A DNA stretch of 63,818 bases, filler included, from Reclinomonas americana ATCC 50394 (GCA_048213135.1; 13 parts of 13 records of this genome joined end to end with filler, not necessarily neighbours in it), one strand, 5' to 3'; shown: positions 42,272 to 51,912, counted from the first letter of the whole stretch. The notes: a model not told the origin generated them from the sequence alone. Numbers and translations are program-made.

Positions 42272-43366
42272 TCAAGTCAAAGCCGGTCTGCTGAACATCG
42301 ATACAATTGCAAAAATGACCTCGGCATCCTCGACCACGAAGCATCGCAGCACGATCTCCACCAAGCAGCGTCTCTCCTCCTCCTCCGCGTCTTCTTCATC
42401 TCGCATCTCCTGCACAGTGCACATGGCCGCTCGCGCACCATCGAGTTCCTGTTGAGCGAGGCCGTAAGGTGTGCTCCACACCCGCACCGTCATGTCCCAG
42501 CTGCCACTGACAATGTGCTGGCCGTCTGAAGAGACAGCGACGGAGAGCACCCTGCCAGTGTGCCCGCCCAACCGTTGCATTTCAACTCCACTCGCCAGTG
42601 ACCACAAGCACACTGTGTCATCATCCCCCCCGCCCACGATAAACCGCCCATCGGGAGTGATGGCAACAGACCACAACGCACATGCATGGTTGTCCAATCG
42701 CCGTACTCTTTCCCCACTTGCCAGTGACCACACGCGAACTGTGTTGTCGGCGCTCCCACTGACGATATGCTGACCATCGTGCGTGACGACGACGCATCGC
42801 ACTGCGCCAGTGTGTCCCTGCAACTGTCGTACCTCCTCTCCACTCGCCAGCGACCACACTCGCACTGTTCTGTCAACACTCCCACTTACAATGAGCTGAC
42901 TGTTGGGAGTGACAGCGACGGAGTTCACATGCCCAGCGTGCCCCTCCAATCGTTGCACCTCAGTGCCACTCGCCAGCGACCACACTCGAATCGTTCTGTC
43001 TACACTACCGCTCACGATGTGCTGACCATCGCGACTGACGGCGACAGAGCGCACCCAGTGAGTGTGTCCCTCCATCCGTCGCACTTCCTGTCCACTCGCC
43101 AGTGACCACACTCTCACAGTTGCGTCCTCGCTCCCGCTCACAACGTGCCGGACATCAGGAGTGACGGCGACACAATGCACCCATCCAGTGTGTCCCTCTA
43201 ACCGTCGTACCTCCTTCCCACTCGACAGCGACCACACACACACAGTCTCATCCGAGCTGCCACTCACGACAGATTGCCCATCGGGAGTGACAGCGACAGC
43301 CCACACACGGATGCTGTGTCCTTGCAGGCACTTGCATGGTACACATGGGGGACATGCGGAGGTCAT
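42272..43366 (-). CDS. Intronless 7-repeat WD40 protein, array copy 3 (frameshifted extreme C-terminus)
   Basis: Seven WD40 repeats; a 7-nt insertion near 42305 changes the last residues to AIVSMFSRPALT. Confidence 0.9.
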   Translation of the reverse strand: MTSACPPCVPCKCLQGHSIRVWAVAVTPDGQSVVSGSSDETVCVWSLSSGKEVRRLEGHTGWVHCVAVTPDVRHVVSGSEDATVRVWSLASGQEVRRMEGHTHWVRSVAVSRDGQHIVSGSVDRTIRVWSLASGTEVQRLEGHAGHVNSVAVTPNSQLIVSGSVDRTVRVWSLASGEEVRQLQGHTGAVRCVVVTHDGQHIVSGSADNTVRVWSLASGERVRRLDNHACALWSVAITPDGRFIVGGGDDDTVCLWSLASGVEMQRLGGHTGRVLSVAVSSDGQHIVSGSWDMTVRVWSTPYGLAQQELDGARAAMCTVQEMRDEEDAEEEERRCLVEIVLRCFVVEDAEVIFAIVSMFSRPALT

Positions 43367-43561
43367 GGCTGCAGGAAGAGAAGAGAGAGAGAACGCGTGC
43401 AGAGTGAGTTGTCCTTTGCCATGAGGACATGGAATACACCGACGGCACCGACAGGTCGACCCGCAAGACTTCACGACGACTTCACTTCAGCAGTATACAT
43501 GCAAGCACTGGCGGTCGCAGTTAAGCAAGCCACAGCAAGAAAAGGAAAGGATGACAGCAAG

Positions 43562-44641
43562 TCAAAGCCGGTCTGCTGAACATCGATACAAAATGACCTC
43601 GGCCTCCTCGACCACGAAGCATCGCAGCACGATCTCCACCAAGCAGCGTCTCTCCTCCTCCTCCGCATCTTCTTCATCTCGCATTTCCTGCGCCGCACGC
43701 ATCGCCCCTCGCGCACAATCGAGTTCCTGCCGAGCAAGGCCGTATGGCGTGCTCCACACCCGCACCGTCATGTCATCGCTGCCACTCACAATGTACTGGC
43801 CATCGGGAGAGACGACGATAGACTGCACCTCAGCGGCGTGTCCCTCCAACCGTCGCACCTTCTCGCCACTCGCCAGTGACCACACTCGCACTTTGCCGTC
43901 GCCACTGCCACTCAACACATATTGACCATCTGCAGTGACGGCAACAGATAACACCTCATCTTCGTGTCCCTCCAACCGCCGCACTTCTTCCCCACTCGCC
44001 AGTGACCATACTCGCACGGTGCGGTCGCCACCACTCACGATGTGCTGACCGTCGGGAGTGACAGCGACAGAGTGCACGAAGCCAACGTGTCCCTCCAGCC
44101 GTCTCAATTCCTCTCCACTCGCCATGGACCACACTCGAATAGTCTTGTCCAAGCCGCCACTCACGATGCGCTGGTCATCGGGAGTGACGGCAACACACCA
44201 CACCAACCACGTGTGTCCCTCGAGTCGATGCACTTGTTCGCCACTCGCCAGGGACCACACTCGCACCGTCCTGTCCGTGCTCCCACTCACCACGTACTGG
44301 CCATCGCGACTGACGGCGACAGAGCGCACCCAGTCAGTGTGGCCCTCCAATCGCCGCACCTCCTCTCCGCTCGACAGTGACCACACACGAATCGACTTGT
44401 CGTAACTCCCACTCACAACATGCTGACCATCGGGGGTGACAACGACAGTAAGCACCTGGGAAGTGTGTCCTTTCAAGTGTCGCACTTCTTCGCCACTCGC
44501 CAGTGACCACACTCGCACGGTCAAATCAGAGCTGCCACTCACGACGTGTTGACCATCGGGAGTGACAGCGACGGCCGACACCCACGAAGTGTGGCCGCGC
44601 AGGCACTTGCAGGGGAGAGAAGAGGGAGACGCGGAGGTCAT
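43562..44641 (-). CDS. Intronless 7-repeat WD40 protein, array copy 4
   Basis: Seven WD40 repeats; tail ending YRCSADRL. Confidence 0.92.
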   Translation of the reverse strand: MTSASPSSLPCKCLRGHTSWVSAVAVTPDGQHVVSGSSDLTVRVWSLASGEEVRHLKGHTSQVLTVVVTPDGQHVVSGSYDKSIRVWSLSSGEEVRRLEGHTDWVRSVAVSRDGQYVVSGSTDRTVRVWSLASGEQVHRLEGHTWLVWCVAVTPDDQRIVSGGLDKTIRVWSMASGEELRRLEGHVGFVHSVAVTPDGQHIVSGGDRTVRVWSLASGEEVRRLEGHEDEVLSVAVTADGQYVLSGSGDGKVRVWSLASGEKVRRLEGHAAEVQSIVVSPDGQYIVSGSDDMTVRVWSTPYGLARQELDCARGAMRAAQEMRDEEDAEEEERRCLVEIVLRCFVVEEAEVILYRCSADRL

Positions 44642-44883
44642 GGCTTGATGGGAGAAGAGAGAGAGAGAGAGAGAGTGAGGGTGTGTGTGGCCACGCGCGC
44701 GTGTGTGTGTGTGTTTTGTGCGTTTTTGTGGATGTGTAAGTTGTCCTTTGTCATGAGGACATCGAGCTCGATCGAATACACCGACGGCACCGACCCTCAA
44801 GACTTCACGACGACTTCATTACAGCAGTACACACACAAACTGTTGCAGTTGCAAAGAAGCAAAGCAATCAAGACGAGCGCAAG

Positions 44884-45975
44884 TCAAAGCCGGTCTGCTG
44901 AACACCGATAGCAAACGACCTCGGCCTCCTCGACCACGAAGCATCGCAGCACGATCTCCACCAGGCAGCGTCTCTCCTCCTCCTCCTCCTCCTCCTCCCC
45001 CTCTTCCTGCAACATCTCCTGCACAGTGCACATGGCCGCTCGAGCACATTCGAGTTCCTGCCGAGCGAGGCCGTACGGCGTGCTCCACACCCGCACCGTC
45101 TTGTCCACTCCCGTACAAATAATGTGCTGACAGTCGGCGGAGACGGCGATCGCACACCTCACCGCATCAGTGCGCCCCTCCAGCCGTCGCACCTCTTTGC
45201 CACTCGCCAGCGACCATACTCGCACGGTCTTGTCCACAGCACCGCTGACAATGTGCAGACCATCTGCAGTGACGGCGACAGATAACACCTCATCTTCGTG
45301 CGCCTCCAACCGATGCTCTTGTTCTCCACTCGCCAGTGACCAAACTCTTACCGTCTTGTCGCCGCCGCCACTCACGACGTGCTGACCGTCGGGAGTGATG
45401 GCAACAGACTGCACCATCTTTGTGTGCCCCTTCAGTTGACGCTCTTCCCGACCAATCGCCAGTGACCATATGCGCACGGTGTCGTCAGCTCCGCCGCTAA
45501 CAATATGCTCGCCATCGGGAGTGACGGCGACAGAGTTCACCGGGCCTTCGTGTCCCTCGAGCTTCCGCACTTCCTCTCCACTCGCCAGCGACCACACTCG
45601 AACAGTCTTGTCCAAACTCCCACTCACCACGTGCCGGACATCGCGAGTGACGACGACAGAGCGCACCCAGTCAGTGTGTCCCTCCAATCGCCGCACCTCT
45701 TCTCCACTCGCCAAGGACCACACTCTCACCGACTTGTCATGACTCCCGCTCACAACATGCTGACCATCGGGAGTAACCGCGACTGAGGTCACCCATTTAG
45801 TGTGACCTTCCATCCGTCGCACTTCTTCTCCACTCGCCATCGACCAAACTCTCACCGTCCTGTCACCGCCACTCACAACGTGTTGACCATCGGCAGTGAC
45901 AGCCACAGACAGCACCCACGAACTGTGGCCACCCACGCACTTGCAGGGGAGAGAAGAGGGAGATGCAGAGGTCAT
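44884..45975 (-). CDS. Intronless 7-repeat WD40 protein, array copy 5
   Basis: Seven WD40 repeats (last one degenerate: GRTDAVRCAIAVSAD); tail ending YRCSADRL. Confidence 0.92.
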   Translation of the reverse strand: MTSASPSSLPCKCVGGHSSWVLSVAVTADGQHVVSGGDRTVRVWSMASGEEVRRMEGHTKWVTSVAVTPDGQHVVSGSHDKSVRVWSLASGEEVRRLEGHTDWVRSVVVTRDVRHVVSGSLDKTVRVWSLASGEEVRKLEGHEGPVNSVAVTPDGEHIVSGGADDTVRIWSLAIGREERQLKGHTKMVQSVAITPDGQHVVSGGGDKTVRVWSLASGEQEHRLEAHEDEVLSVAVTADGLHIVSGAVDKTVRVWSLASGKEVRRLEGRTDAVRCAIAVSADCQHIICTGVDKTVRVWSTPYGLARQELECARAAMCTVQEMLQEEGEEEEEEEERRCLVEIVLRCFVVEEAEVVCYRCSADRL

Positions 45976-46160
45976 GGCTTGATAGGAGAAGAGAGAATGT
46001 GTGTGTTTGTGTCCTTCGCAATGATATATGAGGACATCAATTGTGCACAACGTAACGTGACGGTGGCACCCTCAAAACGACTACACGACGGTTTACTTCA
46101 GCAGTATACATGCAAGCACTGGTAGCTGCAGAGAGGCAAAGCAATCAAGACGAGCGCAAG

Positions 46161-47231
46161 TCAAAGCCGGTCTGCTGCACACCGACAGCAAACGACTTCG
46201 GCCTCCTCGACCATGAAGCATCGCAGCACGATCTCCACCAGGCATCGTCTCTCCTCCTCGTCGTCTTCTTCATCTCGCATCTCCTGCACCACACGCATCG
46301 CCGCTCGCGCACCATCGAGTTCCTGCCGAGCAAGGCCGTATGGCGTGCTCCACACCCGCACCGTCTTGTCCTCACCGCAACTGACAATGTGCTGACCGTC
46401 TGGAGAGACGGCGACAAAGAGCACCCTGCCAGTGTGCCCGCCCAGCCGTTGCATTTCAACTCCATTTGCCAGCGACCACAAGCACACTTTGTCGTCATCC
46501 CCCACGCCCAGGATAAACTGCCCATTGGGAGTGACGGCGACAGACCACAACGCACGTGTATGGTTGTCCAATCGCCGTACGCTTTCCCCACTTGCCAGTG
46601 ACCACACGCGTGCTGTGCTGTCGGCGCTCCCACTGACGATATGCTGGCCATCGGGAGTGACAGCGACAGTGTGCACGACGCCAGTGTGTCCGTCCAGCCG
46701 TCTCAATTCCTCTCCACTCGCCAGCGACCACACTCGCACTGTCCAGTCCACACTCCCACTCACAATAAGTTGACTGTCGGGAGTGACGGCGACAGAGTGC
46801 ACATACGCAGCGTGCCCCTCCAATCGTCGCACCTCAGTGCCACTCGCCAGCGACCACACTCGAATCGTTCTGTCCGTGCTCCCACTCACCACGTACTGGC
46901 CGTCGGGGGTGACGGCGACAGAGCGCACCCAGTCAGTGTGTGCCTCCAATCGTCGCACTTCCTGTCCACTCGCCAGTGACCACACTCTCACAGTTGCATC
47001 CTCGCTCCCACTCACAACGTGCCGGACATCGGGAGTGACGGCGACAGAGCGCACCCATCCAGTGTGTCCCTCCAACCGTTGCACTTCTTCTCCACTCGCC
47101 ATCGACCAAACTCTCACCGTCCTGTCACCGCCACTCACTATGTATTGACCATCGGCAGTGACAGCCACAGACAGCACCCACAACGTGTGGCCGCGCAGGC
47201 ACTTGCAGGAGAGAGAAGGGGGTGCGGTCAT
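46161..47231 (-). CDS. Intronless 7-repeat WD40 protein, array copy 6
   Basis: Seven WD40 repeats; tail ending CRCAADRL. Confidence 0.92.
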   Translation of the reverse strand: MTAPPSLSCKCLRGHTLWVLSVAVTADGQYIVSGGDRTVRVWSMASGEEVQRLEGHTGWVRSVAVTPDVRHVVSGSEDATVRVWSLASGQEVRRLEAHTDWVRSVAVTPDGQYVVSGSTDRTIRVWSLASGTEVRRLEGHAAYVHSVAVTPDSQLIVSGSVDWTVRVWSLASGEELRRLDGHTGVVHTVAVTPDGQHIVSGSADSTARVWSLASGESVRRLDNHTRALWSVAVTPNGQFILGVGDDDKVCLWSLANGVEMQRLGGHTGRVLFVAVSPDGQHIVSCGEDKTVRVWSTPYGLARQELDGARAAMRVVQEMRDEEDDEEERRCLVEIVLRCFMVEEAEVVCCRCAADRL

Positions 47232-47293
47232 GGCGCGATGAAAAGACAGGAATTTTTGCTCTCTCAACTCCGATCATCTCTGCCACGTGCACC

Positions 47294-48277
47294 ATGCAGC
47301 GCCCACCAGCCGTCCAACGCGACACCGACGCCAGCGGAGACGACCGCACACCACGTGGTGCGACAACTTCTTCCTCCTCCCGCCTTCGCCTGATTCTCCG
47401 CAACGTGCTACTTGCCGGCCCCGCGCTGCTCTACCTCCTCTTCTACCGCCTCCCGCGTTTTGTGTTCACCCGAGTGCTCCCGCGCGCATGGGAGTGGCTG
47501 TCGTCGCGAGTGGCATGGGTGATTGAGCGTGTGATCATGCGTCCACTGGCGCGCGTGCTGCAGTTCATTGCGCGTCCGCTCCTGCACCTCGTCGAGTACG
47601 TGGGCTACCTGTGTGGCCGCCTCATGTTGGCGATTCAATGGGTGGTGGAGCGTGTGGAGTCGGTGGGCGAGTGGATCATGCGCGTGGTGGTGCGACCGCT
47701 CATTACTCCGATTGTGTACGCGGTGCGGAGGGTGGTGCGAGAGGCACTGTTGCGGCTGATGCAGGGTGTGGTGTGGATGGTGGAGGAGGTAGTGGTGCCG
47801 TTTGTGCGGCTTGTGCAGAGTGCGGCGCAGTGGGTGGTTAATCGTGCGGTGTCACCACTGGTGGAACTCGTGAAAAAGGTCGCGACGTGGTTGGTGGAGA
47901 GCGTGCTGTTGCCACTGGTGCGGCTCGTTTTGCGCGGTGTGCAGTGGCTGGCGTCGCAGGTTGTCGTTCCACTGCTGCAGCTCGTGCGCAGCACCGCCTC
48001 GTGGCTGCTGGAGAAGCTGTTTTTGCCGTTGCTGCGACTGGTGTTGAATGGAGGGCGGTGGCTGTGGAGCACCATTGTGCGGCCGCTGTGGTCGCAAGTG
48101 ACGGTGGTGGCGGCGTGGATGTGGACGAATGTCGTGGCCCCGGCGGGCGAGTTTGCCAACAACTATGTGGTGCGACCGGCGGGCGCTGTGGCCGGTGAAA
48201 TCGTGCGGCGGTCGGGCGAGCTGGTGCAGCAAGTGGGTGGCCTGGTCGACGCTGTCATTCGCCGGTTGCCGTTTTGA
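47294..48277 (+). CDS. Intronless hydrophobic protein with 19-aa Pro/Trp amphipathic helical repeats, function unknown
   Basis: ORF of 327 aa from ATG 47294; six consecutive P-x10-W-x7 units (PFVRLVQSAAQWVVNRAVS, PLVELVKKVATWLVESVLL, ...). Confidence 0.8.
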   Translation: MQRPPAVQRDTDASGDDRTPRGATTSSSSRLRLILRNVLLAGPALLYLLFYRLPRFVFTRVLPRAWEWLSSRVAWVIERVIMRPLARVLQFIARPLLHLVEYVGYLCGRLMLAIQWVVERVESVGEWIMRVVVRPLITPIVYAVRRVVREALLRLMQGVVWMVEEVVVPFVRLVQSAAQWVVNRAVSPLVELVKKVATWLVESVLLPLVRLVLRGVQWLASQVVVPLLQLVRSTASWLLEKLFLPLLRLVLNGGRWLWSTIVRPLWSQVTVVAAWMWTNVVAPAGEFANNYVVRPAGAVAGEIVRRSGELVQQVGGLVDAVIRRLPF

Positions 48278-48340
48278 GCAAGCGTGAATGAATAAGAGTT
48301 TTGTGTTAACATGTTGGTGTTCTCTTGTGGCGTTTGTTTT

Positions 48341-49865
48341 TCACAGTTTCGCACGCATCAGCATTGCCTGGATGCGCGGGTCACCGTTGGCCTCGCCCAG
48401 CCTCGGTCCCGGCTCGGCGCAAAACACGTGCTGGCCGTCGCAGCGGAACGCTGTCGGTGCCACGCGCAGCAACTGCTCTGCAGCAGCAGCACCGCCACCA
48501 CTGGCACGCTTGGGCGGAATGCGGATGGTGTTGAAGGGGACGGGGTGGGCGGCGGCGGCGTCGTGTGACGAGCGGCAGTCGACCTTGCTGAACTGCTGCA
48601 CCTTGGTCACCGGCAGGTGCGCCCTGTACAACATGTCGACCCACACGTCGGTGGGGCGCCTGGCGAGCGCCTTTTCCACTTCCTTGCTGCACCGCACGAG
48701 TCACAATCACCATCAACGTGCACGCGCTCTCCCTCCGTTCCTCCACTCACCGCACGTCCTCCAGTCGCTCCCCGCGCGCAAACGCATCGCCCGCCAAATG
48801 ATCGAGCCCCAGCAGACCCACAAACGTCTCCCAGAACTTGACCTCGAGGCACCCGCAGGCGAGGTAGCCGTCGCGCGTCGCATACGTGTTGTAGCAGGCC
48901 ACGCCACCGGCCAGCATCTCCTGCCCATTCTCAATCATCTCCACCGACGCCTGCTCACCAATGGCCGCCGACACTGGCGTGATCAGCGCCCCGAACGCCA
49001 GTGCGCAGTCCATCATCGACACATCGATGACTGTGCCGAGACCGGAGGCATCGCGTCGCCGCAGCGCAGCCGCCACCAGCAACGCCGCCGTGTACCCCGA
49101 GGCGTAGTCGGCAATCGGCACCGGCAGCGGCCGAATCGAGGGCATCAGCGACAACAGACCGGCGGCCGCCACCGCATTCATATCGTGCAGTGGCTGCGTG
49201 CGCAGCGGGCTGTGCTGACCGGCCGACGACACGTGCACGACAATCAAGCGCGGCAATCGCTTCCGCAACTCCTCCACCGCGCACCCCAACATCTCCTGCA
49301 GCACGCCCGGTCGGAAGCTCTCCACCAGCACATCCACATGCGACAGCAGCGACCACAACGCCGCCCGGCCCTCCTCCGCACGCATGTCCAACGCCACCGA
49401 TCGCTTCCCGCGATTCAGTGCATGCAGGGCGATCGATTGCCCGTCAGCGGCGCGCAGTGGGAACGAGCGGCCGAGGTCGCCGACGCCCGCCTGTTCCACC
49501 TTGATGACCTCGGCGCCGAGATCCCGAAGCAACTGCAATGAAGGGGAAGGAGGAGGATGAGGAAGAGGAGGAGAAAGGAGAGAGGGAGGGTGGGGGAGGT
49601 AAAGGGAGAGGGAGGAGGAGGAGGAAGAGGAGGAGGAGGAGGAGGAGGAGGAGGAGGAGAAGAAGAAGAAGAAGAAGGAGAAGAGGAAGCGGAACAACAA
49701 CAGACACAAGAAGAGGAGGAGGAGGAAGAAGGAGATTGAAGAAAGAGTCAATCACTACGAATGCAGACATCGTTCGATGAAAGAAGCACTCACCTGCGTG
49801 GCAAAGGGTCCCGGGAGGTATCGCGACAAGTCGGCGACTATAACACCCTCCAAGCTGCGCTCCAT
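48341..49865 (-). CDS. CoA-transferase family III (CaiB/BaiF; alpha-methylacyl-CoA racemase-like), PTS1 -AKL
   Basis: Exon 1 MERSLEGVIVADLSRYLPGPFATQ; LLRDLGAEVIKVE, LNRGKRSVALD, DVLVESFRPGV, HDMN, PIADYASG; ends MRAKL*. Confidence 0.9.
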
Positions 49866-50736
49866 TCTCTCACACAGTCCTCAGTTTGATTGATTGTGTA
49901 TGAAGCACTTGGTTGTCCTCCTTCAAGCTCGGCGGCCGTCTCAGCAACACCCTTTTGTTCTTTGTGAGTGCAAAAGGCCTTGTGTTTGCATACTTTTTAC
50001 TGCGCTCTGGAGTGAATGCTGCGTTAGCAAAACAGTGCGACTCGACGTCGACGTCGATCATATGATCATGAGTTACTTTGTCGGCTCACTGCTTCCTCCT
50101 CGGAGCGTGGTTCGTATCTGTACACAGAGGAGTCGCTGTTCCATCTAGTCGGAGGGTTGGCTTTGCCCGGAGATGCAGAATAAAGGGTCAAACATGTTGA
50201 CACTGTGGCCGATCGCGAAGTTGTACAGATTGATCGTGATGGATCGCTCTCAACCCACCATTGAATGCATGCAGAGGGCGGAAACGTACCCTTCGCGCAA
50301 CTACCTGCGCCTTCACCTTGCTTGTTCATTTCTGCGTGTCGTCAGCACGAGAGGCGATCATCATCACACCATCCACGATGACCCTTGGATACTTGGCCAA
50401 CAGCCGTTCGGGGGCTCTGGCCCACGAGGGGGTGCAGCCATTCGGCCACTCTCCAGGAATGGCTGAAGAACACATCAGCTCGTCGCCAGCGCGATGTGTA
50501 TGTGAGACGATCGCGACGAACCATCTTTGCAGTCAACTTGAAGAACGTACACGCCTGGTCTCCCTGGTAAGGGCACATAGCGTCGCTCAAGTACAGCGAC
50601 GAACTCTGTACATTCGCACTCCTGCTTTTCGGCTTCTGGCAACAACGGCATGGACGTGAAAAAAACGCAGAATGTGGGCGGGCTCACTCACCAAAATGCG
50701 GAAATTCCTCCTCCCTCACTCTCTCTGCTTTCAATC

Positions 50737-51833
50737 ATGGACGTGGACGACGACGAAGGCGCCTCTGCTTCTTCTTCTTCGCCTTCTGTGGCGTCTGTGC
50801 CGCAACTTGGCACGCCGCCTGCCGTGCGGTTGGCGGCGATTGAGGCGGCCACTGCGCGTGTGCGCGAAATGGCGGTGGAGGATATGCAGCAGGTTAGGGA
50901 GAGAGGGAGAGGGAGGGCGGGGAGGGAGGGAGGGAGGGAGGGAGAGGAAGAGAGGCGCACACTCACTTCTCACTCTTCAACTCATCTGCCTCTCCACTCT
51001 TTCACTCACTCCTTTCTGCTCCACTCACTGCCCGCCTTCCCACACACACACACACACTCTCTCTCTCTCCCTCCCTCTTACATGCCTTACTCATTCGCTC
51101 ACTCTCCTCTCTTTCACTCTCTTCATCACTCTCCTGCTCTGTTACTCACTCTTTCTCACTTGCTCACTCATTGACTCACTTCCTCACTCCTTCACTCACT
51201 CTTCCACTCTTCCACTCGCTTCCTCACACTTCCACTCTGTTGCACACTCTTCCACTCACTTGCTAACTGACTCACTTCCTCACTCTTCCACTCTCCACTC
51301 TCACTCTTCCACTCACTTTCTCACTTACTTTCTCACTCTTCTCCACCCACCCTTCCGCTCACTCCTCCCCTCCCCTTCCCCTTTCGAAGGCCATGCACGA
51401 GCTCGACCACTCTCGCGAGGCCTTCGAGACCTTTGTCATGCAAGCCGAGGGCTCGGTCACCGGTCGCATTTACCTGGACGTGCTCTTCATGGTCATTGCC
51501 GATGGCCACAAGTGGGAGGTCCGCCTGCCTTCCTTCTCTCTCCTCCGCTGTCTCCTCATTCATTCCTTCTTATAGAGTGCCCGCATGTCGATTGATCGCT
51601 CTGCATCGCTGGCCGAGGCGGTGCTGGCCGCCATGAGCTCGTGGGATCCTGTGGCCTCGTTCACCGACCCTGCAGGCACCTTTGAGGCACTCTATCCGTA
51701 CTACTCGAAGAACTTCTATCCCGAGTTCTCGCCCGAGGCCGCGGCGCGACTCGGCGGTGTGTCGCTCATGCTGTTCAATTGGCTCGACGGCGCGTACACG
51801 CTCATGTCGCTGGCACGCGATGCTGGGTCATGA
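50737..51833 (+). CDS. Small three-exon protein resembling the dynein stalk microtubule-binding domain
   Basis: Spliced peptide ...MHEL...VLFMVIADGHKWE-SARM...LAAMSSWD...FYPEFSPEAAARLGGVSLMLFNWLDGAY has the W...FD...F.PE.....L..W..Y pattern of the dynein MTBD. Gene structure is well supported; the homology is tentative. Confidence 0.5.
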
Positions 51834-51912
51834 TGATGAGGAGGAGGAGGAGGAAAGGGAATGGGGCGGCGTAGCGATAATAGTGAAATCTTCTGTTGTT
51901 GTTCTTGTTGTT

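Noticed and set aside
39716..48277. Bacterial contamination or prophage explaining the intronless block
   Set aside because: It is contiguous without gaps with spliced genes on both sides, its spacers carry host-type (GA)/(GT) microsatellites, and there are no phage genes. Ancient horizontal transfer is not excluded.
48288..49541. 417-aa plus-strand ORF, plus other long antisense ORFs (6630-7613, 31881-33095, 57411-58268)
   Set aside because: Shadow ORFs of GC-rich coding exons on the opposite strand; no motifs.
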